From Myxococcota bacterium (GTDB lineage: Bacteria > Myxococcota_A > Polyangia > Nannocystales > Nannocystaceae), in NCBI GenBank assembly GCA_039028615.1, contig JBCCHT010000054.1, positions 20,696 through 84,695 on the forward strand: a DNA stretch of 64,000 bases, given 5' to 3'. The stretch's first letter is position 1, and each line of letters starts with the position of its first letter. Shown here in pieces: positions 29,333 to 38,815 of the stretch. The notes beneath the pieces are model-generated. The model searched no databases, was not told where the DNA came from, and was given only the letters and a program-made list of their open reading frames with translations. The position numbers and the translations under genes were made by a program.

Positions 29333-29752
29333 ATGGGACTGTCGCATCGCCGAACCGTTCAAGTGACCTGGGGCGACTGTGATAGCGCCGGGATCATCTT
29401 CTACCCCCGCTACTACGAGATGTTCGACGCGAGCACCCACGCCATGCTCGGCGCGGTCGGCTTGGCGCACCGTCAGCTCAAGGAGCGCTTCGGCGTGGTC
29501 GGGCTGTCGCTGGTGGAGTCCAAGGCCACCTTCCTCGCCCCCGCCACCTTCGACGACGTGCTCGAGGCCCACTGCCTGATCAGCCGCATCGGGCGAAGCA
29601 GCCTCACCGTCGATCACCAGATCCTCAAAGACGGTCACGAAGTCGTCCGTGGCTACGAGGTCCGCGTGTGGGCCCGCGAGACCGCCCCGGGACAGATCGA
29701 GGCCGTTCCGCTGCCGCTCGAGGTCCGCAACCTGCTCCATGCGGATGGCTGA
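29333..29752 (+). CDS. Acyl-CoA thioesterase (4HBT/YbgC hot-dog fold)
   Basis: WGDCDSAGIIFYPRYYEMFD; FLAPATFDD; IGRSSL. Confidence 0.9.
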   Translation: MGLSHRRTVQVTWGDCDSAGIIFYPRYYEMFDASTHAMLGAVGLAHRQLKERFGVVGLSLVESKATFLAPATFDDVLEAHCLISRIGRSSLTVDHQILKDGHEVVRGYEVRVWARETAPGQIEAVPLPLEVRNLLHADG

Positions 29753-30491
29753 GACCAGTCGACAGCCCGTCGCTTCGTCGCGACGGGTCGTCCTCGGCAC
29801 GCTGAGTGCGTCCGCCCGGAGCCGCCTCGAAGACGAGCTCCACGAGCTGTGGAGCGAGTTCTTCGTCGGGCTCTCGCGCGAGCAATTCGTGGCGACCCAC
29901 CTGTTCGACGACACGCGGCTCCAGCTCGTCTACGGCCGCGACGGCGAGCTGGCCGGCTTCGCCAACATCAACGCCAGCCTGCTGCAGGACGAGGGCAAGA
30001 CCCACCTCGTGATGCACTGCGGGGCCTTCACCCGCCTGCGCTACGACGCTGTCCGGACCTTGATCTTCCGCGGGGCCCGAGAGTTCCTGCGGCTGAGACT
30101 CCGCCACCCGCGGACACCCATGGCCTACGTCGGCGTCATGACCAGCCCGGTCGCGTATCGACTCTTCGGCTGGGCCGGGGTCGACGTGTACCCGGCACCC
30201 AATGCCGTCGCGCCGCCGCACGTCGAGCGGTTGCTGGGTGCGCTGGCCGAGCGCCGCCGCATCCCCGTGGACCCGGACGATCCGTGGCTCGCCGAGTTCG
30301 CGGTCAAGCAGCGCGATCCCACCGGCCTGAAGGAGTCCCGCTGTGTCCGTCGCGGCAATCGGCACGTGGATTTTTTCGTGCAGCGAGCGCCCCAGTGGCA
30401 CCAAGGCTGGTCGCTGCTCGCCTGGATGCCGCTGACGACGGTCAACGTCGTGGGTGGCCTGCTGCGGTTGATCTTCAAGAAGCGCCGATGA
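29745..30491 (+). CDS. Hypothetical protein, GNAT-like fold; paralog of 37090-37905
   Basis: Overlaps thioesterase stop. Shares DELxxxxxxxF, F...P.W/Y.QG..LL...PL pattern with 37090-37905. Confidence 0.65.
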   Translation: MAETSRQPVASSRRVVLGTLSASARSRLEDELHELWSEFFVGLSREQFVATHLFDDTRLQLVYGRDGELAGFANINASLLQDEGKTHLVMHCGAFTRLRYDAVRTLIFRGAREFLRLRLRHPRTPMAYVGVMTSPVAYRLFGWAGVDVYPAPNAVAPPHVERLLGALAERRRIPVDPDDPWLAEFAVKQRDPTGLKESRCVRRGNRHVDFFVQRAPQWHQGWSLLAWMPLTTVNVVGGLLRLIFKKRR

Positions 30492-30545
30492 GCGTCCGTC
30501 GCTTCCGCTGGCAATTGGCCACGGGACGGTGCACCATCGAAACCT

Positions 30546-31960
30546 ATGTTGCTTAGATTAGGATGGGTTGGATGCGCGCTGGCCATGGCCGGCTGCAACG
30601 CGACGGACCCGTGTGGGCCGGGGGGCATCGCGTCCTCGACGACGTGGGCGAGGGGCGCGTCACCGTCCATGTCGATCGCTTCGACGACCACGCGCTCGTC
30701 GAGCTGACCCACCACGACGACGAGGGACCGCAGACATGGTCGGCCTTCATGACCGCGACCTGCGGCAGCGAGCCGATCGAGCTCGTCGCCCCCACCGATC
30801 GGCACACCCAAGTTCGCATGATCGAGCAATGGGTGACCGTGCTCGACAAAGAGGACGATCGCATCGAGGTGGTCACCGACTTCGGCGCGGGCCCACGCCA
30901 CGAGATTGCCACCGAGGTGATCGGCTGCCCGATCCCGCTTCACGATGGCATGGCCTTCGAGCGCAGCGACGGCACGGTGTGGTTTCACCCCGCGCCCGGC
31001 GATCCGACGGCCACGCCCGAGCCGCTCCTCGAGGGCTCGTACGTCGCCGAGACCGCCGGATTCACCGACCTCGATGCCTGCCAGCGCCTCAGCTCCGACA
31101 TCGCTCGCGACGGGGAAAGCAATGGTCTGCTCGTGCTCACCGCCGAGCGCTCGATCGTCCGCGTCTCGCCGGACGAGCCCGGCCCCACGCCCGTCCTCGC
31201 TGGCCCCGTGAGGTCGTTCGAGGTGCTCTCCAACCCTCGCTACATCGCCTGGCGGCGGGAGGCCGATGACCATCGCTTGATCCATGACCGCGACACGGGC
31301 TTCGACCTCGACCTCGGGCAGGAAATCCACCCCTCGGGAGCCCGCGGGAGGTTCACCAGCCTCCCCGGCGAACGCTGGGTGACGTACTACCCACCCTATC
31401 ACAACGCCGGCCATGTCGACACGGTGCTGATCGACCTCGAGAGCGTCGACCTAGAGCACGACCAACTCCCGAGTGTCGGTCTCGCCGCTCAATTCCATGG
31501 TTCGCTGACGCCGACGCGCCTGATGATCTCCCAGTGGGGCCAGGCCGCCATCTACGACACCGAGTCGAACGAAGAGCAGTGGCTCGACATGCCGCCGCCG
31601 GGCACCGGGCGCACCGAGGCGGGCTGGGTCGGGCACGAGTTCGATTTGTGGTCGGAAACGGTGACGGTGCACCTGTTACCGAGCGACGGTGGGCCCGTCG
31701 AGATCTTGGGGGAGGACCTGGACTTCCGCTTCAGCGTCACCGACCACGCAACCCTCGTCGGGCACGCGATCGCCGACGATGACCCACACGGGCCGCTGAT
31801 GCTCCACCCGCGAAACGGCGCGCCCACGGTCATCGCCGAGCGCGTGGTCGACTACCAGCTCCTGCGCAAGTCGGACACGCCGAGCGGTGAACACGAAGAG
31901 CTATTCTACGTGATGAGCGAGGGCGAACGCGCCGGGCTTTGGCGCTACGAGCTACCTTAG
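30546..31960 (+). pseudogene. Lipoprotein paralog 1 of a tandem triplet, frameshifted after the lipobox
   Basis: ATG at 30546 encodes MLLRLGWVGCALAMAGCNATDPC, matching paralog 2. The body (HRVLDDVGEG...) is in another frame; the shift lies at the G6 run 30620-30625. Confidence 0.8.
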
Positions 31961-32000
31961 CGCTGGCAATTGGCCACCGGACGGTGCACCATCGAAGGAT

Positions 32001-33416
32001 ATGTTGCTTAGATTAAGTTGGATTGGTTGCGCGCTGGCATTGGCCGGCTGCAACACGACACCGCCCTGTGAACAGGTGCTCCCCGATCGCGTGCTCGAAG
32101 ACGTCGGCGAAGGGCTGACCGGCTTCCATGTCGATCGCCTCGAAGGCCGCGCGCTCGTCGAGCTCACGCATCGCGTCGGTATCGACCCGCCGACCTGGTC
32201 GGCCTTCATGACCAACAGCTGCGGCGGCGAGACCATCGAGGTGGTGGCCGCCACCGATCGAGACACGGAGGTCCGCATGGTCGGGCCGTGGGTGACCGTG
32301 CTCGACGAGCAGGACAAGCGCATCGAGATCGTCACCGACTTCGGCGCGGGACCCCGCCACGAGCTCGGGACCGGGGTCATCGGCTGCCCGATCCCGATCG
32401 CCGACGGGCTGGCCTTCGAGCGGAACGACGGCACGGTGTGGTTTCAGCCCAACCCGTCCGATCCCGGCTCCGCGCCCCAGCTGCTCCTGGAGGGGTCGGC
32501 GGTCAGCGATCCCGACGGCTCCACCGGCCTCGACGGCTGCCCTTTCCACGACGCGGACCTCTTTCGCGACGGGGACAGCGATGGCCTGCTCGTGCTGACC
32601 GACGAAGGCTCGATCGTCCGCGTCTCGCCCGACGGCGCCCCCGAGCCGGTCGTCGAAGGGCCCGTCCAATCGTTCGAGGCGCTGTCCAACCCGCGCTACG
32701 TCGCCTGGCTTCGAGATGGCGACCACCACCGCTTGATCCGCGACCGCGACACGGGCTTCGATCGCGACCTTTGGCGAGAAATCGACCCCGAGTGGGGCTC
32801 CGGGCGGTTCACCAGCCTCCCGGGCGACCGCTGGGTGACCTTCCACGGACCCTTTCACAACCCCAGTCACATCAACACGGTGCTCATCGATCTCGAGAAC
32901 GTCGACCTCGAGAACGACCGCCTGAAAACCTTCAACCACGCGGTCGACTTTCACGGCTCGCTGAGCCCGACGCAGCTGGTGATCTCGCTGTGGAGCGAGA
33001 CCGGCATCTACGACACCGAGACCAAGCAGACCCAGTGGTTCGACATGGTGCCGCCCGAGCACGGGCGCGTGGAGGCGGGCTGGGTCGCCAGCGACGTGAG
33101 CCCCTACGAGCAGGTGTTCACGATGCTGCTGCTGCCCAGCGACGGCGGCCCGGTGGAGGTCTTGGGTGAAGACCTGGGTCGCCGCTTCGAAGTCACCGAC
33201 GATGGGACCCTCATCCACCACGAGACCACGGACACGGACCCTCACCCGCCGCTGACCCTCCGGCCGCGGCAGGGCGAGCCGGGAGTGCTCGCCGAGGACG
33301 TGGTCCAGTTCCAGCTGCTCCGCACCGCCGATACGCCGAGTGGAGAGCACGAAGAACTCTTCTACGCGATCACCGAGGGTGAAGACGCCGGGCTGTGGCG
33401 CCACGAGCTGCCGTAG
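32001..33416 (+). CDS. Lipoprotein paralog 2, probable beta-propeller
   Basis: Lipobox LAGC; highly similar to 30546-31960; ends GLWRHELP. Confidence 0.8.
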   Translation: MLLRLSWIGCALALAGCNTTPPCEQVLPDRVLEDVGEGLTGFHVDRLEGRALVELTHRVGIDPPTWSAFMTNSCGGETIEVVAATDRDTEVRMVGPWVTVLDEQDKRIEIVTDFGAGPRHELGTGVIGCPIPIADGLAFERNDGTVWFQPNPSDPGSAPQLLLEGSAVSDPDGSTGLDGCPFHDADLFRDGDSDGLLVLTDEGSIVRVSPDGAPEPVVEGPVQSFEALSNPRYVAWLRDGDHHRLIRDRDTGFDRDLWREIDPEWGSGRFTSLPGDRWVTFHGPFHNPSHINTVLIDLENVDLENDRLKTFNHAVDFHGSLSPTQLVISLWSETGIYDTETKQTQWFDMVPPEHGRVEAGWVASDVSPYEQVFTMLLLPSDGGPVEVLGEDLGRRFEVTDDGTLIHHETTDTDPHPPLTLRPRQGEPGVLAEDVVQFQLLRTADTPSGEHEELFYAITEGEDAGLWRHELP

Positions 33417-33426
33417 GACGAGAACG

Positions 33427-34851
33427 ATGCAGCGCCTCAGCCCCCATGGCATGGCCTGGCTCGGGCTCGCTTCGGTCCTGTGCATGACAGCCTCGACCGG
33501 CTGTCGCGAGCCCGTGTGCGGACAGCGAATTCCCGTGCGCATCGTCGAGGACCCGGGCGGACGGGTCTCCGACCTTCGCGTCGATCGATTCGGAGATCAG
33601 GTACTCGCCGAGTTTTCAGCCTACGACGGGGAACGAAGCCGCCGGTCGGCGGTTGTGACCGACGTCTGTGGTGGACCGCCCGTGCAGCTGTTCGCCCCGG
33701 TGGAGGCCGAGTCGCAGGCCCGCCTCGTCGACGGCCACGTGCTCGTGCTCGACCAGCCCTCACGGCGCATCGAGTTCGTCGCCGACGCGGGCCTCGGCGA
33801 GCGACACGAGGTGTTCACCGACGTGACCGGCTGCATCGCTCCGGTCGCGGGGGGCCTGGCCGCGGAGCGTGTTGACGGCACGGTGTGGTTTCACCCCGAT
33901 CCCTCCGACCCCGACGCTCAACCGCTGAGGATCTTCGCGGAGGCCATGCCCGATGCGGACGAGACCCTGGCGGACCTCGAGCCCTGCCAAAGCTCGGGGG
34001 TCGTAGCCGATGGCAACGGCGTCATCGTCCTGGCCGCGGATGGCTCCGTCGTTCACGTCTCGGTGCACGACCGCTCACGCCACACGCTGATCGAGGGACC
34101 CGTCGACTCGTTCGATGTGCTGTCCAACCCGCGCTTCATCGCCTGGCTCCGCTCCGAGGACGGCGACCGGCTGATTCGCGACCGACAGACCGGGGACGAC
34201 CGCCGACTGGGCCGACAGATCGACCCCTCGCAGGGCGACGGGCACTTCTTCCACTTCCCCAACGACCGCTGGGTGTGCTTCGTGGCGCGGGCGCACACGG
34301 AATACGACACCGATACTCGATGCGTGGATCTACAGACCAATGAGCTGGCGTCCTACCGCTTCGCCACGCACCCCTTCTACGGGTCTCTGAACGCCAACGT
34401 GCTCCTGTTCGGTGGTGGCGCGGGGCCGATCCGCTGGAACCGAGTCACCGACGACGACGTCACCCGGCTCAACTTCGACCCGCTGCCTCATACCTTCGGG
34501 CGTGCCCATGACGGCTTGCTCGGTCGGTCCCGCGACCCCGCCACCGACGAGCGGATGCTGACCCTGATGCCCACCGACGGCGGACCCATCCGGGTGCTGT
34601 CGCGAGAACCGGCCACGACATTTCGCCGCACTCGCAACGACACGATCATCAGCGTCGTCCGCAATGACGAGCCCGGCTCGGACGGAACGCTGATGCTCCA
34701 GACTCCGTCGGGCGAACGGCGACCGCTGGCCGAGCACGTGGAGCCGTACCTCTCCGTGCCCGGCTACCAGACCCCGGACGAAATCGACGAGCTGCTGTAT
34801 GCCGTCACCGAGGGTGACGACGCCGGGATCTGGCGCTACGTCCTGCCCTGA
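33427..34851 (+). CDS. Lipoprotein paralog 3, more diverged
   Basis: STGC lipobox-like; shared motifs DGTVWFHP, LSNPR(F/Y)IAW, GIWRYVLP. Confidence 0.8.
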   Translation: MQRLSPHGMAWLGLASVLCMTASTGCREPVCGQRIPVRIVEDPGGRVSDLRVDRFGDQVLAEFSAYDGERSRRSAVVTDVCGGPPVQLFAPVEAESQARLVDGHVLVLDQPSRRIEFVADAGLGERHEVFTDVTGCIAPVAGGLAAERVDGTVWFHPDPSDPDAQPLRIFAEAMPDADETLADLEPCQSSGVVADGNGVIVLAADGSVVHVSVHDRSRHTLIEGPVDSFDVLSNPRFIAWLRSEDGDRLIRDRQTGDDRRLGRQIDPSQGDGHFFHFPNDRWVCFVARAHTEYDTDTRCVDLQTNELASYRFATHPFYGSLNANVLLFGGGAGPIRWNRVTDDDVTRLNFDPLPHTFGRAHDGLLGRSRDPATDERMLTLMPTDGGPIRVLSREPATTFRRTRNDTIISVVRNDEPGSDGTLMLQTPSGERRPLAEHVEPYLSVPGYQTPDEIDELLYAVTEGDDAGIWRYVLP

Positions 34852-35108
34852 TCGCCACGGATCCTGGGCGAGATCTGACCGCAAAGGTGCCCTTGAGGGC
34901 CTTTGAACGGCTGATTGCGCCCGCACGAAAAAACCGTCGTTGCAATCGATTTCGGTCGCAATCCCTGGAGCGTCGGCGGGAACCCCCCCATCGAAGGGCG
35001 CCACGAACGCCCCGATGCACCCGGGTCCCCGGCGCACGGAAGACACGTCCGTCTGCTCGTTCGTCGTGGGGCATCGGCGAAACCTCCACACGACCCCACG
35101 AGCAAGCC

Positions 35109-35999
35109 ATGGACCTCCTGCTTTCCCTCTTGCACGACACCAGTCGTTCCTTTGCCCTCTCGATCCCCGCCGCCCCGGCCCCCGTCGACCGCGAGATGAC
35201 GGTGGCGTACCTGCTGTTCCGCATCGCCGACACCTTCGAGGACGCGACCGCCACCCCGGTGCAGGAGCGCGTGCAGGGCCTGCAGGCCTTCGCCCACGCC
35301 CTCGACAACCCCGAGTGCCCCAAGGCTCGCGCCGCCCTGCGAGCCCACGCCGAGACCCTCGACGAGCCCAACCCCGCCTATCGCCGACTCATGGGGCACT
35401 GCGACGAGGTCCTCGATGGCCTGCTCTCCCTGCGACCCGGAGCGCAGCGCATCGTGGCCGACCACTCGCGTCGCACCGCAGTGGGCTGCATCGACTGGAT
35501 CCGCCGCACCGACACGGCCGGGGTCCTGCGTCTGCACTCGATGGAGGAGCTGCGGGCCTACTGCTACACGGTCGCGGGCATCCCCGGGCAAATGCTCTGC
35601 GAGCTGTTCCTGCTCGAGCAGCCCGGCCTGGCCTCGGTCGCCCCCCAGATGCGTGCCCGCGCGGTGACCTTCGGCGAGGCGATGCAGCTGGTCAACATCC
35701 TCAAGGACTGCGCCGCCGATGCCGAAGAGGACCGCGTGTTCCTGCCCCGCTCGGTGACGATGACCGAGGCGCTGGCGCTGGCCCGGGCCGACCTCGCCGT
35801 GGCCCGCGAGTACGTCGACCTGCTGCGTCAGCCCGGCGTGCCCGCGGGCGTGGTGGCCTTCCATCAGATCACCTCCGACCTCGCCGCGGCCGCGCTCGAC
35901 GTGACCGAGGCCAAGGGACCCGGGGCCAAGATCTCCCGCTCGGGCGTGGCCCGGATCCTCGAGCACGCGGGCGTCAGCGCGGCACGGGTGCAGGCATGA
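35109..35999 (+). CDS. Squalene/phytoene synthase family protein
   Basis: TSRSFALSI, AYLLFRIADTFED, YCYTVAG, QLVNILKD...EDRVFLP. Confidence 0.9.
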   Translation: MDLLLSLLHDTSRSFALSIPAAPAPVDREMTVAYLLFRIADTFEDATATPVQERVQGLQAFAHALDNPECPKARAALRAHAETLDEPNPAYRRLMGHCDEVLDGLLSLRPGAQRIVADHSRRTAVGCIDWIRRTDTAGVLRLHSMEELRAYCYTVAGIPGQMLCELFLLEQPGLASVAPQMRARAVTFGEAMQLVNILKDCAADAEEDRVFLPRSVTMTEALALARADLAVAREYVDLLRQPGVPAGVVAFHQITSDLAAAALDVTEAKGPGAKISRSGVARILEHAGVSAARVQA

Positions 36000-37093
36000 A
36001 CCCCTCGACGACCTCGGGCCGGGCTGCCCTTCGCCGCGGCGATCCGCTGGCCGACGCCGCCCTCGACGCCCTGCTGACTCGCACCGAGGGTCGTCCGCCC
36101 GGCGATCTGCTGGCCGCGGTGGAGGCCGAGGCCAAGGCGGGTGACCGCGCCTGCCGGGCCTTCGTCGATGCCGTCTCGGAGCTGCCGTCGTGGGTCGAGC
36201 CCGCCCTCATCGAGCACGGCCGCACCCTCGCCCTGTCGCTGGCCCTGCCCACCGGGGTGGTGCTGCTGCTCGGTGGTCTCACCGAGGTCTACGCGGTGCC
36301 AGCCGTCGCGCGGGTGCTCACCGCCACCGGTCGCCTCAAGACCATGACCTGGCGACGCATGCTCGAGACCGGCCGCTTCATTCGCGACGTGCACGGTCGC
36401 GGGGGCATGCGGGCGGGCGGCGATGGCTTCCGCGCCGTGGTCCGCGTGCGCCTCATCCACGCCATGGTCCGCCGCCGCCTCGGCGCCGCCGTGCCCGACG
36501 AGGTGCTCATCGACCAGCCCGAGATGGCCTTCACCCTGTGCGCCCACAGCCACGTCGTGCGCCGCGGCCTGGCCACCTTGGGGTTCCGCCTCACCGACCA
36601 CGAACAGCGCGCGCACCAGCACCTGTGGCGCTTGGTCGGGCACCTGATGGGCATCGATCCCGAGCGGCTCGCCCCCGATCCCGCCGCCGAAGCGAAGCTC
36701 TACCGGCGCCTTCGCGAGTCCCTGCACGAAGGCGACCAGTCCCGGGCTCGCGACCTCGTGCATCACAGCGTGGGCAGCGTGGCCGCCGAAGCCCACCTAC
36801 CCCCGACGCTCGTGGGCACCATGGTCCATCGCCTCGTCGGCTCGCCGCTCGCCGAGCAGCTCGAGGTGCCCACGCGTCGCAGCTGGGATCGAGTGCTCGG
36901 CGGCCTCGTGGGTGTGACCCGGGTCTTCGATGCCGGCCGTCGCCTGCTCCCCGCCTTCACCCGGGCCCTCGCCGCCCTGGGGCACACCTTCGCCGACCTC
37001 GTCGTCGCGGCCGACCCCGGCATCGCCGAGCCCACCGCCGTCGCCACCGCCCGCGACTGCGCCCGCCTTCGACCCGAGGCCATGAACCGATGA
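35996..37093 (+). CDS. MpaB/Lcp-like heme oxygenase (DUF2236 family)
   Basis: LPSWVEP, RRMLETGRF, VRVRLIHAMVRR, IDQPEMAFT, HLWRLVGHLMGID; ATGA overlap. Confidence 0.85.
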   Translation: MNPSTTSGRAALRRGDPLADAALDALLTRTEGRPPGDLLAAVEAEAKAGDRACRAFVDAVSELPSWVEPALIEHGRTLALSLALPTGVVLLLGGLTEVYAVPAVARVLTATGRLKTMTWRRMLETGRFIRDVHGRGGMRAGGDGFRAVVRVRLIHAMVRRRLGAAVPDEVLIDQPEMAFTLCAHSHVVRRGLATLGFRLTDHEQRAHQHLWRLVGHLMGIDPERLAPDPAAEAKLYRRLRESLHEGDQSRARDLVHHSVGSVAAEAHLPPTLVGTMVHRLVGSPLAEQLEVPTRRSWDRVLGGLVGVTRVFDAGRRLLPAFTRALAALGHTFADLVVAADPGIAEPTAVATARDCARLRPEAMNR

Positions 37094-37905
37094 ACGACCC
37101 CGCGCCCACCGTCGTGCGGGGCCCGAGCATCGACCCCGCCGCGCTCGACCCCGTCGCCCGCACCGCCCTCGCCGACGAGCTGTTCGCCGTCCACCGCCAG
37201 ATCTTCGATGGCGTCGATGCCGACGCCTTGCGTCGCTATGTGCTCGAGTCCGAGGGCGCCGATACCCGGCTGCAGATGTTCTACGACGACCAGGGCAGTG
37301 CCGCCGGCTACGTCGCGGTGCACGGCTTCCTGCAGGAGGTCGACGGTCGCTCCACCCTCATCGCCCGCTGCGAAGTCGGGGTCGCGCGACGCTTCCGCGG
37401 GCAGGCCTCGTTCGTGCCCTTCGTGCTCGTCCAGGCCGTCCGCCTGTGGCTGCGCAACCTCGGCCGCCCCAAGCTGGTGTTCGCCTGCCCCGTGCACCCT
37501 TCGTCGTTCTGGGGCCTCACCCGGCGCAGCCCCTGCTCGTGGCCGCGCCCCGGGGTCGACACGCCGCCCGCCATCACCGAGACCATGCACGCGCTGGCCG
37601 ATCGCTTCGGGCTCGTGCAGACCGACGCCGACCGCCCCGGCGTGCGCGACGTCGGGTGGATCACTCGCATGACCGACGCCGACCGACAGCACTGGGCCGC
37701 CCACCAAGCGCCCGAGGTGGAATTTTATCGCGCGGAAAACCCCCACTACGAGCAAGGCCAGGGCCTGCTGCTGCTGCTCCCCCTGGACCTGCGGCAGATG
37801 GTCGTCGGCGGCTACAACCACGTGGCCGAGCGAGCACGTCGCTGGTGGTCGAAACGCCGCCAGCGAAGTGCCGCCCAGACCCGACCGCATGGGGCCGAGC
37901 CGTAG
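37090..37905 (+). CDS. Hypothetical protein, GNAT-like fold
   Basis: ATGA-coupled; GVARRFRGQ acetyl-CoA-loop-like motif; paralog of 29745-30491. Confidence 0.7.
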   Translation: MNDPAPTVVRGPSIDPAALDPVARTALADELFAVHRQIFDGVDADALRRYVLESEGADTRLQMFYDDQGSAAGYVAVHGFLQEVDGRSTLIARCEVGVARRFRGQASFVPFVLVQAVRLWLRNLGRPKLVFACPVHPSSFWGLTRRSPCSWPRPGVDTPPAITETMHALADRFGLVQTDADRPGVRDVGWITRMTDADRQHWAAHQAPEVEFYRAENPHYEQGQGLLLLLPLDLRQMVVGGYNHVAERARRWWSKRRQRSAAQTRPHGAEP

Positions 37906-37908
37906 CCG

Positions 37909-38814
37909 TCAGTGCTGCGTGCGGAACTGCCGAAGCGTCCGCTCGCCCCGTGCGTCGTAGGGCTTGGTCGTCGTCTGCCCGCGCACGTGGGTGTTCCGAG
38001 GCTGACGCCAGCGCACCACCTTGTGCTGTACCGCGCTCCAGAACCGAGCCCGGGCCGCGAGCGAGAGCATGGTGCCGCGGTGGATCTCCCGCTGCGCCTT
38101 CTCGGTCGTGGCATAAAGCGCCAGCGCCTCTTCGAGCCACAGGCCGTGGTCCTCGTCCTGCTCCATGTGCAGGGTGAAGTAGAGGATCTCGTCCTCCTCG
38201 AAGCCGGCCGTCCGAAGGCCCCGCACGATCGACGGGAACATGTTGGGAATGCTCCACTCGTGGCCAGGACCCATCGCGCCCAGGCCCACGAGGAAGGGCT
38301 CCTCCAGGCAGATGCGCTGGTGCTCCTCGATGAACCCGGTGACGTCGTGGTGCAGCGGGGTCTCGAGCAGGATGTCGTCGCTGCCCCCGGCCGCGATGGC
38401 GTACTCGCGATACAGGGTGGTGTGGTCCTTGCCCTCGGAGCCCTCGCCGTACTCGTCGACCAGCACCTTGGCGATCCACTGCTTCGCGTCGCTGTCGGGC
38501 GCGTTGAACAGCAGCATCTCGAGGTACGTGGTGAACATGCCCACCAGCGGGTAGTGCTGGGTGGCGAGCACGAGGTAGTCCTCGCGGGTGAACGGCACGT
38601 GCGACAGGCGGCCGAGCAAGGGGTGGTTGACCCCGGGGTGGCGCTCGATCAACCGCCGCAGGTTGGCCAGGAACACGCGGGGATCGTCGTCGTAGACGGC
38701 CTCGCCGCCCTCGGCCCAGGCAAACTCGCCCTCTTGGTGGCCGCTGCGGCGCCCGAACAACCCGCGCTTGGGCGTGGGCACCCGCGTCGGCAATTTCGAC
38801 AGTGCGTTGCTCAT
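37909..38814 (-). CDS. Heme-oxygenase-like (PqqC/TenA/CADD-type) iron-containing redox enzyme
   Basis: NHPLL, VLVDEYGEG...DH, GHEW, YFTLHMEQDEDH diiron-type ligands. Confidence 0.85.
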   Translation of the reverse strand: MSNALSKLPTRVPTPKRGLFGRRSGHQEGEFAWAEGGEAVYDDDPRVFLANLRRLIERHPGVNHPLLGRLSHVPFTREDYLVLATQHYPLVGMFTTYLEMLLFNAPDSDAKQWIAKVLVDEYGEGSEGKDHTTLYREYAIAAGGSDDILLETPLHHDVTGFIEEHQRICLEEPFLVGLGAMGPGHEWSIPNMFPSIVRGLRTAGFEEDEILYFTLHMEQDEDHGLWLEEALALYATTEKAQREIHRGTMLSLAARARFWSAVQHKVVRWRQPRNTHVRGQTTTKPYDARGERTLRQFRTQH

Positions 38815-38815
38815 G

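Noticed and set aside
30506..30545. Sigma-54 promoter in the duplicated leader
   Set aside because: GG-to-GC spacing is 12 nt, not the required 10.
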